From Promethearchaeota archaeon (lineage in GTDB: Archaea > Asgardarchaeota > Lokiarchaeia > Sigyniarchaeales > SOKP01): 64,000 nt of DNA. Each line of letters begins with the position of its first letter. Position 1 is the stretch's first letter. The DNA is taken from NCBI GenBank assembly GCA_048939995.1, contig JBHLOY010000001.1:64001-128000 (forward strand), in the 5' to 3' direction. A program made the translations under genes and the position numbers. Of this stretch, positions 11,034 to 20,104 are shown one piece after another. The notes beneath the pieces are model-generated. The model was not told the origin of the DNA. It made no database searches and was given only the letters and a program-made list of their open reading frames with translations.

Positions 11034-12326
11034 TTAATCCCATTTTGAAGCTGCTTTTTGATTTACTGAACTATCATCATCTTCGGTATGGATTCTCTTT
11101 AAGTCTATATCTGAATAACCAGGTATCATATTAAGTAGTTGTCTTGTTGAATTTTTGATATCCTTAGATGAAGTTATATATCGTCCAATGATTAGTATAT
11201 CTGCTCCCATTTCGAGAGCATATCTTCCAGTAGAAGGTTCAATTCCTCCAGCAACAGCAATGAGTACACGATCTTTTCCTGAGGCTAATTTTTTATCTTT
11301 ATACAATTGCTTTATTTCAGGTACTAATGCCCATCTAGCTCGTTGTTCTGCATCTGGTGACTTTGATTCTGTAGCAAGTTCCACATCAATAGCTCTATGG
11401 AGAATTACTACATCAGGTATCTGCTTTAATAGTTTCAATTTACTAACTGGATCCGCAACTTCCATTGTATCTATAAAAGCATAAATTCCAAGTCTTTGAG
11501 CTTCCAAAATAAATTTGTCAAGAGAAGAGGCGGAAGCTAATCCACTAGCGACAACTGCATCTGCGGTAGCATCAAATGCAAAATCAACCTCTAATTTTCC
11601 AACATCTAGTGTTTTTAAATCAGCAACAATAAATTTATCAGTCTCTAGTTCTCGAATTTTTTTAATTGCTTCTACACCATATTTTTTTAAGAAAGGTGTT
11701 CCTATTTCCAAGAGGATCCTGTCACTTTTAGGTAATTGTTGTACCACTTTCATTTGATGGGAGAGTTCTGGATGATCTAGGGCGATTTGAAGATAGGGGG
11801 GTCTCCACAATCTTGGAACTCGTAGCCCAGCAACAGGATGCTTAGCACGATCTTTATCATAAAAGATTTTTTCTATAGGGGGATAATTTTTTAATGCTCT
11901 TTGGATAGCTAATTTTGTCGCCCCATAGTTATACTGATAAATCTTTCGATAATCAGTTGCGTCAGGGTGGATAAATACGCTTACAATTAACAACCAGTCA
12001 TCGAGTTTATTCATCGGAATTAGGTTTTCCTCAACAGCGTCAGCTATAGCTTTTGCCACAGCTGCTTGTGCAGGTCCAAATATTTTATTTGCTTCTTCCA
12101 TTTTAGAAACGGTGACTTTTGGGATAACAAGACTAACAGGTTTAGATAATAAATTTGGTCTTATGCATGCTAATAGTCCACCATGTCCAACGGAAGGCGA
12201 ACTCAATGCATTCGCAAAAGAAACTCCAACAGGGCCATCTTTTGAGCCGATAATTAAATCAATATGAGCGAGATCAGGAGCCTCTCCAATTAGAGCCTCT
12301 CCGATAAAATATTCCGGTTTTGCCAT
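11034..12326 (-). CDS. fae-hps: Bifunctional formaldehyde-activating enzyme / 3-hexulose-6-phosphate synthase
   Basis: Fae: IGEALIGE..AHIDLIIG, FGPAQAAVAKA, YNYGATKLAI. Hps: YLQIALD, EIGTP, DLKTLDVG, VAGGI, GADILIIGRYIT. Confidence 0.93.
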   Translation of the reverse strand: MAKPEYFIGEALIGEAPDLAHIDLIIGSKDGPVGVSFANALSSPSVGHGGLLACIRPNLLSKPVSLVIPKVTVSKMEEANKIFGPAQAAVAKAIADAVEENLIPMNKLDDWLLIVSVFIHPDATDYRKIYQYNYGATKLAIQRALKNYPPIEKIFYDKDRAKHPVAGLRVPRLWRPPYLQIALDHPELSHQMKVVQQLPKSDRILLEIGTPFLKKYGVEAIKKIRELETDKFIVADLKTLDVGKLEVDFAFDATADAVVASGLASASSLDKFILEAQRLGIYAFIDTMEVADPVSKLKLLKQIPDVVILHRAIDVELATESKSPDAEQRARWALVPEIKQLYKDKKLASGKDRVLIAVAGGIEPSTGRYALEMGADILIIGRYITSSKDIKNSTRQLLNMIPGYSDIDLKRIHTEDDDSSVNQKAASKWD

Positions 12327-12558
12327 ACAAAAACACTGTGCTTATCTTCTTTTTATTTTATTGTATTTTATGGATAATATGATTAATCCAATATCCACAT
12401 TAAATGAGAGTTAATTCTCTCTTAATAAAATTATGTAACGAATCATCTTAAAAATAGTATTAATAATCAATTTTGATGAGTATAATAAATTATAAATAGC
12501 GAAATTTTTTTATACATTAAGGTAGAAAATTTTTAAAACATAATTAGGGTGAGAAAAA

Positions 12559-12873
12559 ATTAGTAAAGTAACACTAAAAAGATATTCAATATCTCAAGGA
12601 AAAGATCCAAAAGATCCAAGAGAAGGCAATTTTTTAGAGATTTGCAATAAAGATTTTAGGAATTTTAAAGAGAAAGACGGAGATCAGATTATAAAACTGT
12701 TAGATAAGTTGATCAAAGCCCGCGAGATTAGAGGCAATAAATTAGAACCATTCAAGCAACAGAAGATCAATTTAATGAATGTAAAACATTTGATTCATGA
12801 GGGCAAAGAAAGAGAGGCTTTTACAAGTTTCTATAGGGCATTTCCATATTGTATGCCATATAGATCTCTCTGA
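12559..12873 (+). CDS. Unannotated 104-aa hypothetical protein with probable ATT start
   Basis: Open frame ISKVTLKRYSISQGKDPKDPREGNFLEICNKDF...AFTSFYRAFPYCMPYRSL*; GGGTGAGA SD directly upstream; fills an otherwise empty gap; not in the ORF track. Confidence 0.6.
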   Translation: MSKVTLKRYSISQGKDPKDPREGNFLEICNKDFRNFKEKDGDQIIKLLDKLIKAREIRGNKLEPFKQQKINLMNVKHLIHEGKEREAFTSFYRAFPYCMPYRSL

Positions 12874-12879
12874 ACTTTT

Positions 12880-14202
12880 TTAATTTTTAAAATTTAATTC
12901 AATGTCTTTAGCTTTTTGATATAATACTTGAAGGAGATCTTTGTTTAGATCAGGGGTTTCAAAAATAATGTGCTGACAATCATACTTTGTAAAATCATTT
13001 TCGATAATCTTTATGTTAAACTCCTCTTTTTTTTCCCATAATCTCGAGCCTGGATAAGGAGTTGCTATAAAATAGTTAATTTTATCGTCTCTATTAAACG
13101 GTAAATTCTTAATATATTCAATAGTCTCTTTAAATGTTTCATTAGTTTCTCCAGGCAGTCCCAACACAAAATAAGCTTGGATAGGAATTTTGTATTTTTT
13201 TAAAGATATAATCCCTTTCCTCACATCATCCGGATTCTGATATTTCAAGTTTTGTTTTAAGATTTTGATGCTTGCCGATTCAATACCGGTAGCTACTAAA
13301 CAGCAACCTGCTTTTTTTAAAAAGTAAGCCTCATCTTCAGTTATATTATCTACTCTTAATTCACATCCCCAAGGAATATTTATGTTATTTTCAATGAACA
13401 TATTAAGGAATTTTTTGAAGAATTCTCTTGTAATATTGATATTGTCGTAAAAGTTAATATAATCATAATTTTGATATGAAATTATATCTCTTATTTCCGA
13501 AAGTATTGAATCTATGCTTCTAATCCTCACTTGTTTAAATAGATTTTGTCGTGAGCAAAAAGAACATTGATAAGGACATCCTCGATTTATAATGATATTA
13601 GCAACCTTATAATAGTTGAAAGAATTTTTTAATTTATATCGCGCTGGCGGGGGAATTCTTTCGAGATCAATTGGGTCTGGATGACCTGTAAAGATTAATT
13701 TACCATTTGAATTAATAAAGGCTAATCCTTTAATACCTTGTATCTTAGATTCGTAAAACATTGGTTTTTTTCTATTAAATTCTAATAAGAATTGCGTTAA
13801 TTGCAAAAATGATTCCTCCGCCTCTCCTATGCATATATAGTCAATATTTTTCTTGGAATGCAAAATTTCTTTATAAAGGAATGAAACATGTGGACCTCCT
13901 AATACAATGAATTTTTCATCACTATAATTCTTGATAATATCAACAATTCTAAGTACTAGGTTAAAAGTATTTGTCAGGGAAGTTATTCCGATTATAGTTT
14001 TATCCTTAATGTTTTCGATTATTAGATCTCTTAAACTAATATCATTCAAATCAGAAAATTGCTCTAAATCTAAAATATCTACATCTAATCCATATTTATC
14101 TAAAACAGCAGCTATGTAAAGAAGACCCAAGCTGGGTTCTCTAAAGAATTCAGTCTGATATTCTGAAGGTTTAGTTGTTTTAGGATTAATGAGTAAAATC
14201 AT
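12880..14202 (-). CDS. Cobalamin-binding radical SAM protein
   Basis: PSLGLLYIAA and LGGPHVS (B12-binding domain); RGCPYQCSFC; GIES; GLPGET; PYPGS. Confidence 0.92.
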   Translation of the reverse strand: MILLINPKTTKPSEYQTEFFREPSLGLLYIAAVLDKYGLDVDILDLEQFSDLNDISLRDLIIENIKDKTIIGITSLTNTFNLVLRIVDIIKNYSDEKFIVLGGPHVSFLYKEILHSKKNIDYICIGEAEESFLQLTQFLLEFNRKKPMFYESKIQGIKGLAFINSNGKLIFTGHPDPIDLERIPPPARYKLKNSFNYYKVANIIINRGCPYQCSFCSRQNLFKQVRIRSIDSILSEIRDIISYQNYDYINFYDNINITREFFKKFLNMFIENNINIPWGCELRVDNITEDEAYFLKKAGCCLVATGIESASIKILKQNLKYQNPDDVRKGIISLKKYKIPIQAYFVLGLPGETNETFKETIEYIKNLPFNRDDKINYFIATPYPGSRLWEKKEEFNIKIIENDFTKYDCQHIIFETPDLNKDLLQVLYQKAKDIELNFKN

Positions 14203-14203
14203 A

Positions 14204-15004
14204 TTAATCTACACTATGATTTTCATCGGTTATTTTCTCAGGAATATTAAATGATTTAATTAAAGAATTAATTTTACCTTCTTTACTAAACTTCTCTTCA
14301 GTAATTATAGGGATATTTAATACTATAGCTTCGTACTTTTCATAATTAGGAATAAAAAGCTCCAATCCTTGTATAGCACGATCCTTTACAACAAAACGTA
14401 TAGAATAATTACGATCATTAAAAAATGTAAATCCATTATTAAGACGTCCCATTTTTACAAATTCTTTATTTATGGTTTCTTCCTTTAGAAAAGTTTCTGT
14501 AACTTCTTCTTCTGAATATAAGATACCACCTATTATTACAAATATTCTTTTAAAATCCTTAGGGAGATGATAATTTTTTATGGTTTCAATTGCATTTTTT
14601 AATCGTGGGTTGTGTATTATTAAATCTCCCGTAGTAGAACTGGATTTAGTTTCAATAAAATCACTTTTCTCAATAATTCTAGCTCTTCCTTCTCCCAATG
14701 GTTTGTTTAAGATTTCTTGATACTCTATATCTTCTGTTGTATACATGTTTAAAGGATATATTCGATAAAAAAGTCTAAGTTGTTTCCGAAGCATATTAGC
14801 GAGGATTCCACCAAAAATTTGCAGTTTTAAGGCACTATTTGGGCCATTATAACTCCAAATTCTTTTAGTGTCATGATCTACTAACAAATAGACCTTATAA
14901 CTGTTATATTCAGTTAATATATCTCTTACAGTTTCTCCTTCTGTAACGTCTACGGTCAGAAAAAATGGGCTCTCTCGCAATTCAAGAACTTCAAAAATTT
15001 GCAT
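14204..15004 (-). CDS. Asgard gelsolin-like domain protein with extra C-terminal domain
   Basis: YLLVDHDTKRIWSYNGPNS..A..LR matches the gelsolin core pattern (hhD...IW.W.G..S). Confidence 0.5.
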   Translation of the reverse strand: MQIFEVLELRESPFFLTVDVTEGETVRDILTEYNSYKVYLLVDHDTKRIWSYNGPNSALKLQIFGGILANMLRKQLRLFYRIYPLNMYTTEDIEYQEILNKPLGEGRARIIEKSDFIETKSSSTTGDLIIHNPRLKNAIETIKNYHLPKDFKRIFVIIGGILYSEEEVTETFLKEETINKEFVKMGRLNNGFTFFNDRNYSIRFVVKDRAIQGLELFIPNYEKYEAIVLNIPIITEEKFSKEGKINSLIKSFNIPEKITDENHSVD

Positions 15005-15163
15005 TTAACCAAATCCTAAATATTCTATAATTTTATAGGTAATGATCGTTAAAATAAATTTTATTATTTTTATTAAAATGAAAGAAAACGTTGCGAAATC
15101 AATAAAATTTTTAAATTTTAGGATATTTTTCATAGTAGTTCTCTCTTTAAAAGTTTGATATAT

Positions 15164-15571
15164 ATGAGTTCAGAGAAAAGAACATATAAGCTGAATATTT
15201 CTGGTGGAAAGACCGGTCCCGGAAAAGGTTTATCTAAATTAGTTGAAATTGATGAAAAAAAATTTAGATTTGAAGGAATGAAAATTGGAGATACGATTAA
15301 TGGAGGTCTAATAGGTTTCCCGAACTATGAATTTAGAATCACAGGTGGTTCTGATTCAAGTGGATTTCCAATGAGGAAAGATGTGCACGGTCCAGTTAAA
15401 AAAAAGATATTGGCTACTAAACGTGGAACAGGATATAAGCCTAAAAGAAAGGGCCAAAAGCGGAGAAAAATGGTACGGGGAAATGAAATTACTTTTGACA
15501 TGACTTTGATAAATCTTAGCGTCGTTACCTATGGAGATGTTGAACTGTTTAAAGCTAAAGAGGAAGAATAA
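15164..15571 (+). CDS. rps6e: Ribosomal protein eS6 (S6e)
   Basis: FRITGGSDSSGFPMRKDVHG; GQKRRKMVRGNEI; ATG at 15164 preferred. Confidence 0.95.
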   Translation: MSSEKRTYKLNISGGKTGPGKGLSKLVEIDEKKFRFEGMKIGDTINGGLIGFPNYEFRITGGSDSSGFPMRKDVHGPVKKKILATKRGTGYKPKRKGQKRRKMVRGNEITFDMTLINLSVVTYGDVELFKAKEEE

Positions 15572-15601
15572 ACTTTTTAACTAATCTGAGATGATATAAC
15601 G

Positions 15602-15784
15602 ATGGTAAAGGTAAAGAAATGTTCTTTTTGTGGTTACGATATCCCTATTGGAAGAGGACATATGTATGTGAAACGTGATGGGACTATTTTAAATTTTTGT
15701 ACGCCAAAATGTCGTAAGGCAATGTTAAAATATAATAAAAACCCACGAAAAACTCGATGGACCTCATTTTATGGAAAACAATAA
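15602..15784 (+). CDS. rpl24e: Ribosomal protein eL24 (L24e)
   Basis: CSFCGYDIPIGRGHMYVKRDG..FCTPKC..NPRKTRWT. Confidence 0.96.
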   Translation: MVKVKKCSFCGYDIPIGRGHMYVKRDGTILNFCTPKCRKAMLKYNKNPRKTRWTSFYGKQ

Positions 15785-15937
15785 ACTGATTATTAAGATC
15801 AGTAAGGAAAATTTCCTTTACATCTCAAAAAAGCAATAAAGCTTATTGGAATCGTGAAAATTTTAATAAAACCATAAACTATCTTTTTAAGACGATTAAA
15901 CAAAAGAATTTTATAGTTTCTTTCCCCTCTAAATAAT

Positions 15938-16447
15938 GTGAAAAAACGATATTTCTTCTACATATTTTTGATAGTTACCTTAAGTCTTGAATTATTAATA
16001 ATTAAAGGGTATGCTAATCCAGTGGTAGGAGGATGGTCAGAAGATCCCATTACACGAACTATCTTATTAACTGGATTTTTCCTTATAGGTACTTCTATTG
16101 AATATTCAATATTTAAAATCCGTATAATATATAAGCAAAAAAACCGTAGGTTACTATTTTCTTGCTTTAAGATTAACATTATAACTTTTCCTCTCACTCA
16201 AATTCTTGCTTATATTATTTATCGATATTTATTTTATTTTTTCTGGATTTACATTTTAGTAATAGAAATTTTGGTGATATTTCTAGAATGGTCTCTGTTT
16301 AGAATTGAATTAAATAAAATTTTTCAAAACTCAATAATAAATCGTAATATTTTAGAAACAACGATAATAGCTAATATTGCTTCATTTTTGCTTGGACTTT
16401 TGGCTCTATTTTTTCCGTTATATCCTTTGTTTCAGATTTTTTTTTAA
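15938..16447 (+). CDS. Hypothetical multi-pass membrane protein
   Basis: 5 hydrophobic segments; EILV..E and ANIASFLLG motifs. Confidence 0.7.
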   Translation: MKKRYFFYIFLIVTLSLELLIIKGYANPVVGGWSEDPITRTILLTGFFLIGTSIEYSIFKIRIIYKQKNRRLLFSCFKINIITFPLTQILAYIIYRYLFYFFWIYILVIEILVIFLEWSLFRIELNKIFQNSIINRNILETTIIANIASFLLGLLALFFPLYPLFQIFF

Positions 16448-17839
16448 TTTTGGTTTTAAAATTAAAAATAGAGATATTATTGAAATGGCGCTTACTATTC
16501 CTAAAAATATAAATATGTAATAATCACGAAAACCATAACTTAGATATGGAGGAGGTTCTCCATTTGGTAGAGGATTCTTAATTAATACTGTATACGTTAC
16601 AGGCTCTGTCCAAACATGGTAATATTCAGCTTGGCATATTATAAATAAATTATCGCCTAAATCTATGTCAAATGCGCTAGTCGTATCATCATAAGGACCA
16701 CCCCAAAAGTACATTTCTGTCATTTGTCCTGAACTATTGAGTGTTAGAACACCAATATCACTACCATTCCTTTCAGCATCATAAATAAAAATAATATCTT
16801 GTTGAGAATCTAACCTTAGATTAACGTAAACAGAGATAATATTTGCAAAGTTCAGATTCATAGTAATATTCCAATGAAGGCTTAAATTAATATCATATTT
16901 TAATAGAAGAGGACTTCTAGTTTGAAAAAAAACATAAATATCATTAAGAAACCATATATAAAGGTCCTGACCAGTAGTAAAATCTATCTCACAAATTTTA
17001 GTTTTTTCAAAAACAAAACCTGAAGTATTAAGCTTCATAATCCATGTGGCCAGATCATGCCATGTATCAAGAGTATCAAAATATACCGCCAGAATGATAT
17101 TATCATTATATAATTCCAACTCAACTACACTTTCATTTATAGTCCATAAGAGTGATCCCGATTTATTATATTTTGATAAAGGGGTGTTAGATCCATAAAG
17201 ATATATATTACCTTCTCCATCAATTTTTGTACTTCCATAATCCATATTAAATTCTTTAATCCATAAAAGATTACCAGAACTATTTAGCTTCAACAAAATT
17301 GTCTTTCTATTTAATTGGCTGTAGCCTTTAATATACAAAGTAAGATTGTTGCCTAATTGAATTCCAGATGTTTCAAAAAAATCGTATAAATCTAATAATT
17401 TTGACCAAATTAATTCTCCTGAAGGACTGATTTTTAACAAAGAGGGATACGAACCATAATCGTAATTAAAGGCATTTCCTATTAAATAAAGATTTTCGTT
17501 AGAGTCAAATTCAACATAATAATAAATAGAGGATATCTCCTGATTAATCAAATCCCAGATTTTTATGCCTGAGGTATTGTATTTAGCTATGTACATGTAA
17601 TACTCGTGAATACTAAATGAATACACTAATCCTATGACATAAATGCTATTATTTATTAATTTTATAGTAGGCTCAGTTAACTGACGTTCTGGGGTTATTA
17701 TTTTTGACCATGAGTCTACATTGGTTAAATCCTGGTTTATAGTTTGATTATAATAGAATGCAAAAACTGGTTGTAGGAGAGGATTTAAATATAACATTAA
17801 GACGACAAGGACAAGACAGGTAGTTTTAAAGTTTCGCAT
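16418..17839 (-). CDS. Surface beta-propeller (SBBP-like) protein with C-terminal TM anchor
   Basis: Repeated KYNTSG..W / D..GNIY..G blades; N-terminal signal; C-terminal TM followed by a basic tail. Confidence 0.7.
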   Translation of the reverse strand: MRNFKTTCLVLVVLMLYLNPLLQPVFAFYYNQTINQDLTNVDSWSKIITPERQLTEPTIKLINNSIYVIGLVYSFSIHEYYMYIAKYNTSGIKIWDLINQEISSIYYYVEFDSNENLYLIGNAFNYDYGSYPSLLKISPSGELIWSKLLDLYDFFETSGIQLGNNLTLYIKGYSQLNRKTILLKLNSSGNLLWIKEFNMDYGSTKIDGEGNIYLYGSNTPLSKYNKSGSLLWTINESVVELELYNDNIILAVYFDTLDTWHDLATWIMKLNTSGFVFEKTKICEIDFTTGQDLYIWFLNDIYVFFQTRSPLLLKYDINLSLHWNITMNLNFANIISVYVNLRLDSQQDIIFIYDAERNGSDIGVLTLNSSGQMTEMYFWGGPYDDTTSAFDIDLGDNLFIICQAEYYHVWTEPVTYTVLIKNPLPNGEPPPYLSYGFRDYYIFIFLGIVSAISIISLFLILKPKLKKNLKQRI

Positions 17840-17917
17840 TAATTTTGAATTAATTCATTCTAGTAGTAGAATTATTAGTATATGGATCTTTAAATTTCTT
17901 TTTCTTTTTTGATTTTC

Positions 17918-18118
17918 TTACTGGAGCCGAGAAAACTTTAATAAATCATCCATTAGATCTACATGGCTAACAATCATTCTGCGACAACAAAACCTCTTAA
18001 TTCCAAGTTGATTAAAAGCATCGTCTGAATTTTCTCCCTTCTCAATAAGTTCAAGATAGGGTTTATATACATGAGCAATAAGTTTCCCGCAAGAAAAACA
18101 TCGAATTGGTATTATTAT
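17918..18118 (-). CDS. rpoN: RNA polymerase subunit N (Rpo10)
   Basis: IIPIRCFSCGK..RFCCRRM. The family starts MIIP, which maps to ATA at 18118 behind an AAGGTGA SD; the ORF track uses TTG 18145. Confidence 0.93.
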   Translation of the reverse strand: MIIPIRCFSCGKLIAHVYKPYLELIEKGENSDDAFNQLGIKRFCCRRMIVSHVDLMDDLLKFSRLQ

Positions 18119-18167
18119 AATAAATTCACCTTTAAGAATATGCAAATGAAATAATGTTTAGGATAAA

Positions 18168-18220
18168 AAAAATTTTTCGAAAATATTCAAAAATTTTTTG
18201 AAAATATCCAAAAATTTTTT
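18168..18220. repeat. 2.5 copies of a 21-bp tandem repeat in the rpoN / L7Ae divergent promoter region
   Basis: AAAAATTTTTCGAAAATATTC / AAAAATTTTTTGAAAATATCC / AAAAATTTTTT. Confidence 0.7.
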
Positions 18221-18302
18221 TTACACCGTCTATTTTGTATCCTATCACAAATCGATGAATTATGATAATATATTAAAAATCATATATTTGAAGGAGAAAA
18301 AT

Positions 18303-18674
18303 ATGAGTTATGTAAAATTTAAAGTTCCTGATGACATAAAGAATGAATTAAAAAACGCATTGGGCGCTATAGCAGAAGCAAGAGACTCTAAAATAAGGAA
18401 AGGAATGAATGAGGTCACTAAATCTATTGAAAGAAGTAATGCTAGGATTGTTGTAATGGCTGAAGATGTAACTCCTCCTGAAATTCTTTTTCATGTACCA
18501 TTATTATGTGAAGAGAAATCAATCCCTTATGGGTATCTTTCTACAAAAAAAGAATTAGGGAATACCGTTAGGATTAATGTAGGAGCCTCTGCGATTGCAA
18601 TTGAGAATTTAGGAACTGGAAATGATAATATCTTAGATAATATAATTAAAAAGTTAGAAAGCTTGAAGAAGTAA
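18303..18674 (+). CDS. rpl7ae: Ribosomal protein eL8 (L7Ae)
   Basis: KIRKGMNEVTKSIER..AEDVTPPEI..LCEEKSIPY; ATG 18303 after an AAGGAG SD. Confidence 0.96.
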   Translation: MSYVKFKVPDDIKNELKNALGAIAEARDSKIRKGMNEVTKSIERSNARIVVMAEDVTPPEILFHVPLLCEEKSIPYGYLSTKKELGNTVRINVGASAIAIENLGTGNDNILDNIIKKLESLKK

Positions 18675-18687
18675 ATTGGTGAGATAG

Positions 18688-18933
18688 TTGGTTAAGTTAG
18701 ATAAGTCAAAAGGAGCTCAGGTTGATGATGATTCTATTCCAGCAGAAGTAATACAAATTGTTGGAAGAACTGGTTTAACAGGTGAAATTAGCCAGATTAA
18801 GGTAAGAATTTTAGACGGTCCAGATAAAAATCGAATTTTGACAAGAAATGTTAAAGGTCCTGTAAGAGAAAATGATATTGTAATATTAAGAGAAGTTGAA
18901 AGAGAAGCTAGAAAAATCAGAAAAAGAAGGTAA
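18688..18933 (+). CDS. rps28e: Ribosomal protein eS28 (S28e)
   Basis: [27 protein letters not shown]; GGTGAG SD. Confidence 0.96.
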   Translation: MVKLDKSKGAQVDDDSIPAEVIQIVGRTGLTGEISQIKVRILDGPDKNRILTRNVKGPVRENDIVILREVEREARKIRKRR

Positions 18934-18948
18934 AATTAAAGAACCAAT

Positions 18949-19149
18949 TCATTCATCAAAATATCCTAATAATTTCAAATTTTTATATTCATTATGTAAG
19001 AATTCTCGTAACGCTGTTCTTATTGCTTCAGAGCGGCTTGGTATAATTTTCATCTCGATTAATTTTTGTATATTTTTATCATAGCATTCTGGAATATTAA
19101 TTGTTATATTCTGCATTGAAGGTTTTTTCTTTTTTTTTTTATCTGACAA
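18949..19149 (-). CDS. Ribbon-helix-helix (CopG/MetJ-like) DNA-binding protein
   Basis: NITINIPE..IQKLI....PSRSEAIRTALREFL. Confidence 0.85.
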   Translation of the reverse strand: MSDKKKKKKPSMQNITINIPECYDKNIQKLIEMKIIPSRSEAIRTALREFLHNEYKNLKLLGYFDE

Positions 19150-19412
19150 AGCTGCTTACTCTCGTCTTGTTATTTTTTTGCGATAATGACAGATAGATAT
19201 TTTAGAGTAAAAGGGATAACAAAAATAATTGGTGCCCTTAACATGTTCCATCTTTTTAATAATAAATTATAAGTAAAACTTGTTTATAAAATTATCTCTC
19301 CCTATATAAAGTATTTAAAGCATTCTAAATCAGATGTAAATTATTTCGATAAATTTAATTAGAATTTGAACGATTATTAATGGATATATATACCTTGGAT
19401 GAAAATGTTTTA

Positions 19413-20090
19413 TCATAATAATCGATGTTCTTTTTTTACATATCGCCCTCTAGTTTCTATAATGGAGATATTCTTTATTATCTCATTACAATTTCCTAAT
19501 CCTCTTTTTCTATACTCTGAACGATAACCATCTATAAAGGCTCTAAAACATAACTTAAAGTTATCTCCGTGCGAGGAAATTAGGACTCTTTTTAAAAGAT
19601 GTAAATCAACGCTTTTATCTTCTATAGAATCTGAGTACTCATGAAGGCCAAAATCAATAAGAAAAATCTCCCCAGATTGTGTTACAATTACATTACTTGT
19701 TGTTATATCACCATGAATATGGCCATTAATATGTAAGATAGCAATGATATGTCCAAGTTTAGAGAATATATCTTTTTGTTCTTTGAGATTTAGAGATGTG
19801 ATTAAATTTTTCAGTTTAATGCCCCTGATATACTTCATGATGATTGTTGAGTTTTTTACATCAATTTCATACACTTGTGGAGTGTTCACTCCGTATTCTT
19901 TTACTTTGATAAGAGCACGTGATTCATTTAAGATTCTCGTTGTACGAATTCTGCTATCAAGTAATTCTATTCGGTACTTTTTAGGAATACGTTGCTTAAA
20001 TATTACTTCTTTATCAAACCAATGACCATAAAATAAACTCGCCTCTGCCCCTTTATGAATCAACTTCTCTTTACTAATATTAAAAGCCAT
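19413..20090 (-). CDS. bud32: KEOPS kinase Bud32
   Basis: KGAEA, RIPKKYR, HGDITTSN, LIDFGL, EDKSVDLHLL, RGRY; start moved to ATG 20090 (AGAGGT SD). Confidence 0.93.
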   Translation of the reverse strand: MAFNISKEKLIHKGAEASLFYGHWFDKEVIFKQRIPKKYRIELLDSRIRTTRILNESRALIKVKEYGVNTPQVYEIDVKNSTIIMKYIRGIKLKNLITSLNLKEQKDIFSKLGHIIAILHINGHIHGDITTSNVIVTQSGEIFLIDFGLHEYSDSIEDKSVDLHLLKRVLISSHGDNFKLCFRAFIDGYRSEYRKRGLGNCNEIIKNISIIETRGRYVKKEHRLL

Positions 20091-20104
20091 TTTTATCAGA
20101 CCTC

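Noticed and set aside
18198-18302. N-terminal extension of L7Ae
   Set aside because: It runs through the AT repeat and promoter region; the SD and family N-terminus point to ATG 18303
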